A stretch of 50,022 bases of DNA, taken from contig JWZX01003351.1 in the NCBI GenBank assembly GCA_001275005.1, positions 1 to 50,022 of the forward strand, given 5' to 3'. Made by a program: the position numbers and the translations under genes. The notes beneath the pieces are model-generated. The model did no database searches. It saw only the letters and a list, made by a program, of their open reading frames with translations, and was not told the DNA's origin. Source of the DNA: Chrysochromulina tobinii (lineage: Eukaryota). This document shows positions 10,101 through 19,702 of this stretch, in pieces; the stretch's first letter is position 1, and every line of letters starts with the position of its first letter.

Positions 10101-11817
10101 GCCAAGGTGGGGCAGCTCGCGCGCGTGCGGGCCGCCGTGCAGCTCGCAGCGCGCGAAGGCCGTCTCGCTCTTGCTCTCTCGGCGCTGTGCCAAGGCATTC
10201 GCGTGCCAGGTGGCCCTCGAGCAGCCAGCAGCACGCATGGGGTTGGTGGTGGTGTGGCGTCTGCATCCTTGCCGCTCCCATCGCCGCCGTGGCTTCTGCT
10301 ACGTCCTTACACAGAGGCCGACGTGCGGACTGTGGTGGGCTGGCAGAGCGCCGAGCCTGAGCTTCCGAGGCTGCTCGGCCTTGACGAACCCGATGATCTC
10401 GAGGACGAGATCGCATACGTGCGCCATCTTGCCGAGGGAGGCGAACCAACGGTGCTCAGCTTGGCCGTGGTGCTCACCACTGCGCTCCCTCCGGCTGCAA
10501 CGGAAAGTTCGGGCTCTGGAGGGCATGGGAGTGACGGAGGAGGAGAGGTTCTCTGTGGAACCATCATTGCGCGGTTCGCCCTGCACGGCGCATACGGACA
10601 GCAGCTTGACGACGGAGCAGAGGGAGCGGCGGAGGCCGCCGCCGCGCTTGCGAGCTCACTGGCAGAGGGCAGTAGCCCGCCGCCACCTCTCGAGATCGAG
10701 ATCGAGATCGAGATCGAGCGCCTGCATCGGCGGCAGCAGCTCGGCAGCGCCGCCCTCGCTGCCCTCCTTGACGCGACCGCCGCTGCGCTCCCCGAGGTAC
10801 GCTGCGCGGTCGTCCGCGTGCCCGAGGCCAACGGCGGCGCGCGCCGATTCTTCGAAGCGGTCGGCTTTGGCGACGCACGAGAAAATGCGGTGCTCGCCCA
10901 AGTTGAGCTCCGTCGGGAGATTGGAGTGAGGGCGGCTCAGAGCGGTCGCGGCAGCTCTCGGAGCGTGACAACACCCATAGCAGACGCCTTGCCGGCATAC
11001 TACATCAACGTGGACGCCAAGCGAGATCGACGAGATCAGATGGAGACCATGCTACGTGTGCGTGGCTTGGAGGCGCAGCGGGTGAGCGCTTGCACGCTCG
11101 CAGACGCGGACGTGCTGCGAGCTGCGCAAGAGTGGGATGGCAAACCATCTGGATGGCATGCCAACGCGGCCTCGCATGCTGCGGTATGGCATCTCATTGC
11201 CGCTGCAGAGGCCGGTTCCAAAGCACAGCGGGGCAGAGGGAAGGAGCAGCGGGGTTTGCAGCGGTCTGTATCTCGTCTTGGAGGACGATGTCATGCTTCA
11301 CTGCGACTGGCGTCGAATGCTCGAGGAGACACTCGCGTGCGCTGCGGAGGCGGCGGCAAAGGCCGCGGCGAAGGCGGAGTCGGAGGCGGAGGCGAAGGCG
11401 GAGGCGACGACGACGGCGGCGACGACGGAAAGTGCAACGGCCTCCGTGGATTGCGTGATGTTTGATGGGCTCTTCATGACCGGCGAGCTCTCGGCAGAGT
11501 ACGGCTGGCTCGGGCCGCCCAGCGAAGGACCTCACCGCGCGCTAGGTGTCATCTTCTCCTCGGCGTACGCCATTACGCCCGAGGCAGCGCGCTGGCTGAT
11601 CGAACGCCGTGCTGAGCGACCCGGCTCGAACGCGGAGTCGTACCTGCTCGAGTTGCAAGAGGAGCGGATGGCGAGCTGGACTCATCTGCCGCGCCTGGCC
11701 ATCCAACGGTGGGATGAGAGCGCAAGCAGCGTGAGCGAGCTCTCGCCTCGGCGGATGCGCGCTTGGTTCGAGAACAATTACTTCCCACGATGGCAACGAG
11801 CATTGTACGAGGTGTGA
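7187..11817 (+). CDS. Multi-enzyme protein (~1,540 aa if joined): SETD3/Rubisco-LSMT-type SET methyltransferase, GT25, nucleotide-diphospho-sugar transferase (GT77-like), GNAT acetyltransferase, second GT25; two +1 frame breaks (about 9340-9400 and 11220)
   Basis: SET: LVPLVDLGNH, GDEVTVSYD, LFERYGF. GT25: YYINMD...RRRRM, SHVAVW, LVLEDDV, AYVLTPAAARWL, with the same set again at about 10995-11817. GT77-like: FVIKSDADIQFF, NGGIYLIR, HDQEHLNAML. GNAT: HRRQQLGSAAL, NGGARRFFEAVGF. Confidence 0.75.
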
Positions 11818-12065
11818 ATGCTCATTTTGAGATCTTTGTATTTATGGATCTCATTGAAGTTTGGAGACATCTCGGATATTTTTATGTTAATAGGTTCCAC
11901 AAATAAACCCAATTAAAAGACGAAACAAATGAAGCGAGCTCAGATATACCGCAGATCTTTACATGGCTCGGATCTCGCGCGCACAGAGTGTGCTGCGCAG
12001 CCGCACAGGGACGGCACATCAGAACAGATCCACTCGCGCCCCCGCCTACTTGACCGCCAGCCGAA

Positions 12066-14465
12066 ATGGGGTACCAGGGATACCCATCCTTAGGAGAGTA
12101 TGATACATCGAGCACCTTGACAAACCAGGCTAAAGCAACCTTTGGGCTCGCCGTAACTGCGGTCGTCTTCATCATCATCGTCGCCGTCTTCATGTGCTAT
12201 GTTGTGTCCTCGCTCAACTCGCTCTACAGCAAAGTGACTTCGTCGGAGAAGGTGGACGAGACGCCAAGTACCATTCCGGCTGTCGTGTCGTATACCAAGC
12301 CGAAGGCGTCATCTGGCCCCGTGACGGTGTCCGCTGAGGACAACGCCGAGGGGTCGTCCATAGAATCGTCCAAAGCGGTGTGGCGAGAGGAGCGAGGACG
12401 AACGACGCCCAAGCTATCTGATACCGCCACCTCTGACATCTGATACCGCCACCTCTGACATCCCCAATCCCATCCTCACTCTCATTCCCGCAGGAGTCAA
12501 TCGGGGTCCAGCCGATCGGTGGCGGCTCAGTCTCCCTCTCCTTGGCGGCGGCGGGCCTGCCTCCTCTCCACTCCAAGCTGGCGCACCTGCTCGGCCTCAT
12601 CGTGTCCGCGGTCATCGCCCTCTGCGTCGGCATCGTGCTGGCCGACGGCACCTCCGTGGTCAAGCTCAGACACCCGAGCGAGCTGCCGCAAATTACCGCT
12701 CGTGCCTATTGGGATCAGGGCCTCAAGTACCGCATCGACGAGCTCCTCGGCCCGACGTATGGCATCGGACTCCACCACGACCAGTCAGGCTTCGTGTGGA
12801 CCGAAGTGCACGCGGGCTCCACCCTCCAGGAGCTCATCGAAGACCTTGGCGTGCCGGCTGTCATCGCCGCCGTGCCCAGCGTGATCGAAACGGACGGTCT
12901 GCACATTCCGCCCTTGCACACGTCGACAGCTTCCTCTCCCATACGCCCACCCCAGCCCTGTGCTCTGACAGGCTCGCTCTCGCGTGTGCTCGCCCCTTCT
13001 CGCCCGATCTCAACATCCAGATCTCAAGCACCCGGTCCCGTTCCTCCGATGCGACGCCCTCACGATGGCGGGCCTCGCGGCCTGCACATTTGGCTTCATC
13101 GCGGAGACGGTCGCGGTTCTGATGCTCATCTTCCACGCCGTCAACCTCGGCGGCATGGCCTCCTCGCGCATCGCCAAGCCGCTCGCTGCCGTCGTGTGGC
13201 TCGTCCTGGGCGCGGGCTTCCTCATCGTCATCTTACTCGCGATCGGTATCTTCACCATGCGCTGCGAGTGCCACAACGATTTCATCCCGTACATCGTGAT
13301 TCAGGAGCACTTCAACTACAACTACGGCTTCGCCTTCGCCATCACTGGCTTCGGTGCCTCTGTGCTCATGTTTTTCGTTACGCTCTTCATCACCGGGATG
13401 AAGGACTCGATCGGCGAATCGACCCTCTCCTCGCCCCTTTGCTCCATCGGCAAGGTCCTCGGTTCGTGCTTCGTGACGGCCGCCTTCGGCATGATGTGCG
13501 CCCTCGCCGTCATGGCCTCCAACAACGACTTCGCCCCGCCGGCTGAGGTCGACCCGAACTTCAACCCGTGCGCGGGCCAGCAACCGTTCCATGCCGGCCC
13601 GAACGACGGCTACTTCAGCAACGTCAACTGCTTCCGCGACGCCGTCACCCAGACGCTCGAGCAGGCGGGCGGCAACGTGACCCGCGGGTACGTGGGCGGC
13701 ATGGATGCTGGCCCCCGTCGGCCGATCACCAAGCCTTACTCACAGGTCGGCCTGTGCCCAGTGAACGTGCACTGGCACCTGGGCGCCGAGCACCTCTCGG
13801 TCGGACAATACGACCGGTACGGCACCGGCCCTAATAGCTCGAGCTCGGGCTCGGGCTCGGGCTCGTACGGTCGTCAGCTTGCCGCGGGAGAGCGGCTGGG
13901 CAACAGGTGCCACCACTACCGACCCAACGTTTCGAAGTTCACGACTCCGTTCAATTGGCGATTCTGCACGGGCATGCAGGTGGGCGAGACGTACGAGGTC
14001 CACTGGCCGCACTCGGCCGCTGACGCGTGCGGTACCCAGTGGCAGATGCAGTCGCCCTTTTACGACGGCGTCTTCTGCCGCGACGGCATCATCACGATCG
14101 CGCCGCTCAACACATACCAGACGATTGGCGTGCAATCCCAGACCTTCGTAGTTGTCAACGACGAGGCGTACTACCAGCCGAACCTCTTCCAGGGCATGCT
14201 CACCCACGGCCAGCACGGCCTAGATATGGCCATGTACACGGGCTCCACTACGGGCACCTCGCGCAACAACGCGGTCTGCTCGCGCTACACCCCGATCACG
14301 TGGCAGGTCGACCGCAAATGTCACTTGGTCTCCGCCTCGTCCTTTGACAAGATGTGCCAGGACATGCTCAACAACCGCGACGACATGTCGATGGACATTT
14401 ACCCGCACGGCTCTCGAGAGGTCGTCGCGCACGCACTCACCGCCAACAACCAGGTTGATGGATAA
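12066..14465 (+). CDS. Delta-class carbonic anhydrase with a multi-pass transmembrane N-terminal region; 3 exons (12066-12377, 12494-12896, 13021-14465), 719 aa
   Basis: Delta-CA motifs LEQAGGNVTRG, GLCPVNVHWHLGAEHLS, GETYEVHWPHSA, YTGSTTG, ITWQVDRKCH. Two GT-AG introns join three ORF segments in frame. Several hydrophobic helices lie upstream of the catalytic domain. Confidence 0.92.
12378..12493 (+). other. Spliceosomal intron (116 nt) containing a 22-nt tandem duplication
   Basis: GCG|GTGTGG...TCCCGCAG|GAG restores the frame; tctgataccgccacctctgaca twice at 12417-12460. Confidence 0.85.
12897..13020 (+). other. Spliceosomal intron (124 nt, phase 1)
   Basis: GACG|GTCTGC...ATCCAG|ATCTC gives TDDLKHP and joins ORF 12542 to ORF 12984. 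Confidence 0.8.
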
Positions 14466-14890
14466 GAGACCACAGACGTGCCTCGCAAGCGCACCCAGAT
14501 CCTCAAGAGCACGATGACAGAGCGGTACGGAAGAGTCAAGGAGTCCCGACGAGCCCTGAAACACGAGCAGGGAACTCGAGCAATGACGCACAGCAGGGGG
14601 CGGATATCAGTTCATGTGGGAGCCGAGCATGGAAGCACGGCACGAGGAACGGCATACGAGAGAGCAGTGGACTTGGCTCGCATGGGGGACACTTGGCTCG
14701 CAAATGGGCTGGCAGAGGGCTCGCGTGTGGGGCTCGCATGTTGGATTTCATGTGACTATGCGCCTGGTGCGGATGGGGTGTGACCTGGGTGATGTGCGTG
14801 TCCCGCTGTCGTTGAGTCTTCGAGCCCGGACACGCTGTCGTGTACGGTAGTGCCTCGCGGGAGGCCGACGGCGGAATGTGGAGATGAACC

Positions 14891-14935
14891 GTTCACAGCC
14901 AATGGTTCAAAAAATGGTTCACAGCCAATGTTCAC
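14891..14935 (+). promoter_or_regulatory. Duplicated CCAAT-containing motif upstream of the SET gene
   Basis: gttcacagccaatg twice, about 150-190 nt upstream of ATG 15086. Confidence 0.35.
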
Positions 14936-15085
14936 ACGTCGCTCTATCGAACTCTCTCGCCTTTCTCCCTGGAGCCGCTCGGCGGCGTCGGCGCATCTCC
15001 AGCTAACGGAGGTCGTCGCCAGGGCACGAGGCCAGGCAGAGCCTGTACCGGAACTCTCTCACACTCATCACTCACTCCGAAGGCA

Positions 15086-16264
15086 ATGGAAACCTTTATG
15101 TCCGCCTGTGCTAGCCGCCAGTCCGACGCCGAGTTGCTCGGCCTAATCACTACGCGCCTAACGTACAATGGCGATTGCTGGCGGATCGAATGGCGCGCCG
15201 GTGTCGGTCGCTGTCTGGTGGCGTCCCGTCCGATTACGATGAGCACTCTTGTCTTCACAGAGAGGCCGCTCGTCGTTGCGAACGGTGGCAGTGCGGCCGT
15301 CGCTCGCGGAATACAAGCATTGAAGCACGAAAGTCCCGAATACAAGGGCGTCCTTCAGCTGCAGGCACGCGCCGACGTTGATACCGAGCGCGAATCCGAG
15401 AAGTGGTTTGCGAGCCTCGCGGCAATAAATGTCCATGGGGCCGGAGGCACCTTTCTTGACCGAAACTTTGAGCGGCGTGCTGTGTTGGGCTTGCTTGCGA
15501 GCATGATGCAGCACGAGTGTGCGCCGAGTGCCATCACGCACATCTCATCGGCCGCCGACGGTTCTCGAGTCTCAGTCCGCACGATTCGACCACTCAAAGT
15601 CGGAGAGCCCATCTCCATCTCGTACCTCGCCTCCTACCAGCCGGCGTCCGTGCGGCAAGAGCTGCTGCAGATGCAGCACGGCTTCACCTGCGTGTGCCCA
15701 CGGTGCACTACGCTTCCCGAGCTCGTTCGCGCCTTCCGATGCCCCAATTGCGCCGAAGGGCCGTGCTCGCCTACGTCGCCGTTGCCCTCCTGCCACGAGC
15801 TCGCATGTGATCACTGTGAAGCGAGGATGCTGCTGGATGACGAAACTTTGAGCTGCTACGAGCGCGCCGAGCACGCGGAAGACGTGGGTGCGTGTATGGA
15901 ATACCTCCATCCATATCACCACCGAATGGTCAAGATGTACCAGAACAACCTCCTCAAGCTCAGTGGCGCGCAAAGGGCTCAGGTCCTCATGCAGCACGCA
16001 GAGGCACGCGCACGCATGTACGCAGGCTTTGCGCACGCGCATCATATACACCCTCTGGTCGCCAATGACATCGAGGCCGCCGCCGTGGCACTTCTCGACG
16101 CCGGCGAGCTGGTGGCCGCGGCCGAGGCCTTCGCAGACGCGGCAGAGCGCTTCGGCGCCTTTTACGGTCCCGGCGCAGATATGCTGCGCTGCTCGAAGGC
16201 GAAGGCCGTGCAGAGCCTCGCCGAGTACCGGGCCCTACTGGATGAGGTGCATACTCAGAACTGA
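15086..16264 (+). CDS. SMYD-like SET-domain lysine methyltransferase with post-SET Cys cluster and TPR-like tail
   Basis: GVGRCLVASRPI...VFTERPL; ASMMQHECAPSA (an NHSC variant); GEPISISYL; RQELLQMQHGFTCVCPRC. Confidence 0.85.
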   Translation: METFMSACASRQSDAELLGLITTRLTYNGDCWRIEWRAGVGRCLVASRPITMSTLVFTERPLVVANGGSAAVARGIQALKHESPEYKGVLQLQARADVDTERESEKWFASLAAINVHGAGGTFLDRNFERRAVLGLLASMMQHECAPSAITHISSAADGSRVSVRTIRPLKVGEPISISYLASYQPASVRQELLQMQHGFTCVCPRCTTLPELVRAFRCPNCAEGPCSPTSPLPSCHELACDHCEARMLLDDETLSCYERAEHAEDVGACMEYLHPYHHRMVKMYQNNLLKLSGAQRAQVLMQHAEARARMYAGFAHAHHIHPLVANDIEAAAVALLDAGELVAAAEAFADAAERFGAFYGPGADMLRCSKAKAVQSLAEYRALLDEVHTQN

Positions 16265-16802
16265 AGTGCCGCGACCGTTGTCGCGCGGCCTCCGGTCGGG
16301 TTTGCCGCATGCCGGCCGCTCGAAGTCGAACCCGGCACGCGGCAGGGCGCCGGCCCGCCGGGCGCGACGCACGCGCCTTCGCACGGCCGCCCCATAACCC
16401 CGCAGCCCGCGGGGGCGGGCGGCCGGTCGCGAGCGGGCCGACGCACCGCGGACCGGGACAGTCACGGAGCGCCGCGCGGGGCCCTCGGAGGCGGCGTCCG
16501 GGGTTCGTCCGGGGCCGCTCTGTGCCGGTCTTCGTTTTACCGGCTTTAAGCCTTCTCCGAGAGAGGCGCGCTTGCAGAATATTAATAGTTAATATACGTC
16601 ACACTGCGCCACGAGAGTCGAGACGGCGGTCACATCGGCGGCCACACACAGATGGTCGCGGCGCGGGCGGCGCACTCGGTTTTGGACCGCGCGGCTGGCG
16701 CAATCTCGTGTCGGAGTCCAGCGCACCGTATAGACACGAGCTCTCCGCTGCGCGTTCACAGGCGCTCCGACACGCGCTCAACGAACGGGTTCACAGTGAA
16801 TC

Positions 16803-18443
16803 TCACGTGCGGCTAACGAGCGTGCGACCGAAGATCTCCCAAGGGTCGGAGATCTCATTGCCCTTGCGCTTGAGCGCTTCGAGCACCTCGCTAAAGTCGA
16901 GCGCCGAGTTACGGTCCGCGTCAAACGAATCGTAGATGCTGTTCACAAAGTCCTCAATGAGTTCGTTGAGCGCTGGCGACGCCTCGGGTATGCGCGTGCC
17001 GGTACCCGGGGCACAGAGCAGCATGGACGAGAACATCGCATGTAGCTCTTCTCTATCGATCGATTCGCTGTTGTCGGAATCATACACACGGAAGCAGAAG
17101 CGCAGCTTGTCCAAGGCCGAGCCCGTCTCGAGGGCGTTGACCGCGTTGACGAACTCGCCCCACTCGACGGCGCCACTACGGTCCACGTCGAGAAGCTTCC
17201 ACACACGATCGACGAAGTTGTCATCCTCGAACGCGAGTGACGAAACTCCTTCCTTAAACATGTGCTTGTTGATCGAGCCCGGTGTGCCACTCAGCTTGCA
17301 GAGCGCCTTGAACCGGTTGAAGAGCCGGTACAGTTCCGTGCGTGTCATGCTGGTCTCGCGCAGCAGCTGGTGCATCATTGCGCGGTCGAGGCGCTGCGAG
17401 GGTTGGCCTACTACCGCTCCGGCGCCGCCCCCGTCCAGGCCCGCGCGTGAAGAGAGCGCGCTCGTGCGTCGGTGGGCACCCGCACCGTTCGAGATCCCAC
17501 CGCGCGGGCTTCCACCGCCCCCCGAGCCATGCAGCGTCAGCCCACGCATGCTCGCGCCGGCCCCCTCCACAGGCCATTTGTAGGCCTTCGCATCGATGTC
17601 TACGTACGGAGCCGTCAGGCGCCAAGGAGAGAGGTTCCATGGAGCGCCGCCACCGCTCGGGCTGGGTGAGCGGGGCGGCGAGCGAGGGCTCTGCGGTGCG
17701 GCCGAGCTCAAGGGGGCCCCATCTCTGACTCTCGCGGGCGCCGTGTTGGGCAGACGATCCGTGTGCAAGAGGCGCGCCGAAGCCGGCGAGGGCGGTGCGA
17801 GCGAGGCACCACGGGCCGACACCAGGGGAGGCCGGGGCCGGGCCGCCTCACGGCTTGAGGCGGGCAGAGGCGGATCTTCTCCGCGCTTCCTCGCAGCCTT
17901 GATTTCGGCCGCGATCTGAACGGCGTAACCGCGGTTGCTCGGCGTCATCGGCGTCATGCCGCGCAGTCCACGCCGGGAGAGGCCCAAGCGCTCCTCATAG
18001 CTATTGGCCTGGCGCACGTGGGACATGGTCGTGAGCGGCCGGGTAACGCTCATGTCGCCGAGGCCGCCGAGGCCGCCGGTACCGCCAAAGGTGCGCATCG
18101 TCGGTGGCTCCGACCGGGCCGAAGGGCTGTTTGGTGACAGCGGAGAGAGGGCCTGGAAGCGTGGCGAGCGGGCCCCCCCGAGAGGGCTGCCAGTGCGTGG
18201 CATGGTGGCCGAAAGAGGTGTGCCAGTGCGCGGCGGCGTCTGCTGCCTGCTGCTGACAGGAGGGAGCGGCGTCGATGCTCGGCAGTGGATGCACTCTGGC
18301 CGCCACTTGGCCGCTTCATCCACTGTGCCCCAGACGATCTCGTTTTCGGGCCGGAGGCATTTGCAATGAATGCACTCCCACGAGCCGTACGACTGTGAAT
18401 TGCGCTCGGGCGGTGGATGCGGATCGCGCGGGCTGATGAGCAT
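16803..18443 (-). CDS. EF-hand calcium-binding protein (calcineurin-B/NCS-like C-terminus) with an N-terminal CxxC...CxxC knuckle and a long disordered linker
   Basis: EF loops DVDRSGAVEWGEF, DSDNSESIDREEL, DADRNSALDFSE; DKLRFCFRVYD. First ATG at 18443. Confidence 0.85.
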   Translation of the reverse strand: MLISPRDPHPPPERNSQSYGSWECIHCKCLRPENEIVWGTVDEAAKWRPECIHCRASTPLPPVSSRQQTPPRTGTPLSATMPRTGSPLGGARSPRFQALSPLSPNSPSARSEPPTMRTFGGTGGLGGLGDMSVTRPLTTMSHVRQANSYEERLGLSRRGLRGMTPMTPSNRGYAVQIAAEIKAARKRGEDPPLPASSREAARPRPPLVSARGASLAPPSPASARLLHTDRLPNTAPARVRDGAPLSSAAPQSPRSPPRSPSPSGGGAPWNLSPWRLTAPYVDIDAKAYKWPVEGAGASMRGLTLHGSGGGGSPRGGISNGAGAHRRTSALSSRAGLDGGGAGAVVGQPSQRLDRAMMHQLLRETSMTRTELYRLFNRFKALCKLSGTPGSINKHMFKEGVSSLAFEDDNFVDRVWKLLDVDRSGAVEWGEFVNAVNALETGSALDKLRFCFRVYDSDNSESIDREELHAMFSSMLLCAPGTGTRIPEASPALNELIEDFVNSIYDSFDADRNSALDFSEVLEALKRKGNEISDPWEIFGRTLVSRT

Positions 18444-18594
18444 GGATCCCTCTCGGCTGCGCACGTCGCGCTCCACTCTGAAGGCGTTCGAGCAGATAGC
18501 GGGGGTCTTGTTCCGGCGCTGCGCGCGTCTGCCTCGTAAGTCTCTGTAACGGAAAATGTGAGTTGAATCTGATGATGACGCAAACCCCACATGC

Positions 18595-19479
18595 TCATGT
18601 GACCTTGCAGTTGCTGCCTATCTCCTGACAAATACGCAAAAGCCGTTGTTGCTTGCCCTCGGGCATCATCCGGAACGCGGGCGACGATGGCAGCCGTTCG
18701 TGTAGCATCGTTTGCTCGGAGGTCATGTCGTCGATCTGGCGCTGGACGGCGCGGGTGTAGCTGCGCTCGAGCGGGTTCGGGTTGGCCGGTGCCTTGCGAT
18801 GACGTGGCGCTGAATACAGTGACTCGAGCAGACGCACATCGTCGAAGAGGCCCCTGCGCCTTGCGAGCACGAGGAACCTTGGCTCCGGCGGCTGCGGCGG
18901 ATCCGCGTCGACCGCCTCTGGCGGTGGCTCGGCGACCCGAGCGCCCGATGGGTCAAAGTGGCGCTCTTGTGCGACGGTGCGCGGCGGCAGTGGTGGAGGC
19001 GCGCGCGTTGCGCCCGGTGGCGGAGGCGCTCGGCGATGAAGGGCGGGCGCCGACGCGGATCCGAGCAGGTTCGGCGACGACGACGCCTGCTTCAGCGCTG
19101 CCTTTGCCTCGCTGCGCATCCGATCCAGCTGGCTGGGAATCGTGGGCACCTGCAGCCCTTTGCGCTCGTAGAACTTACGCAGCTCCCACTGCGCGGCGAG
19201 CTTGATGAGCATAATGCTGTGGTACTCGGCACTTGGATTCTCCTCGTCTGCCACAGCCGGCCACGCTGGAGCAGGCGGGCGGATGGAGTGCGAAGCGATG
19301 TCGTGAGATTTCGTCCCGCGCTTTCCGACTGGTACGGCACCGGTGACGATACCTCGGTGGCCCATGCTGCTAGCATGGCCGCCGAAGGGGCCAAGCAGCG
19401 CCATCTCGGACATCCTCTGCTCGTGAATCCGCAGAGCGCTAGAGCTGAGCACCGAACGTAAGGGCTCTCTTGCTGGCAT
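18595..19479 (-). CDS. Hypothetical protein
   Basis: Long ORF with helical segments (EYHSIMLIKLAAQWELRKFYE), divergent from the gene at 19703. No family recognised. Confidence 0.6.
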   Translation of the reverse strand: MPAREPLRSVLSSSALRIHEQRMSEMALLGPFGGHASSMGHRGIVTGAVPVGKRGTKSHDIASHSIRPPAPAWPAVADEENPSAEYHSIMLIKLAAQWELRKFYERKGLQVPTIPSQLDRMRSEAKAALKQASSSPNLLGSASAPALHRRAPPPPGATRAPPPLPPRTVAQERHFDPSGARVAEPPPEAVDADPPQPPEPRFLVLARRRGLFDDVRLLESLYSAPRHRKAPANPNPLERSYTRAVQRQIDDMTSEQTMLHERLPSSPAFRMMPEGKQQRLLRICQEIGSNCKVT

Positions 19480-19702
19480 GGCGCAGCAAATGCTCTCCTG
19501 ATGAGGTACGACAGGTGGACGGGATGACTGGGACGGGATGACTGCTTCCGAATCCGTGTCCTCCGCAGCGTGGCGACTTGTGCACACGCGCGGCAACGTA
19601 AATAAAAAGTCATTTACCCTACAAGTAAACGGCTACCACGGATCTGCATGGAATCACGACGTTCGCCCTTGCTTGTAACGGCAGAGGTCCGGTCATCAGC
19701 TT

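Noticed and set aside
16300..16345. GGTTCGA T-loop-like motif on the minus strand (also near 31640)
   Set aside because: No paired T-stem or cloverleaf, so not called tRNA.
18590..18597. Selenocysteine or read-through joining ORFs 18595-19479 and 16803-18590
   Set aside because: The two ORFs are in different frames, the downstream gene has its own ATG at 18443, and no SECIS was recognised.
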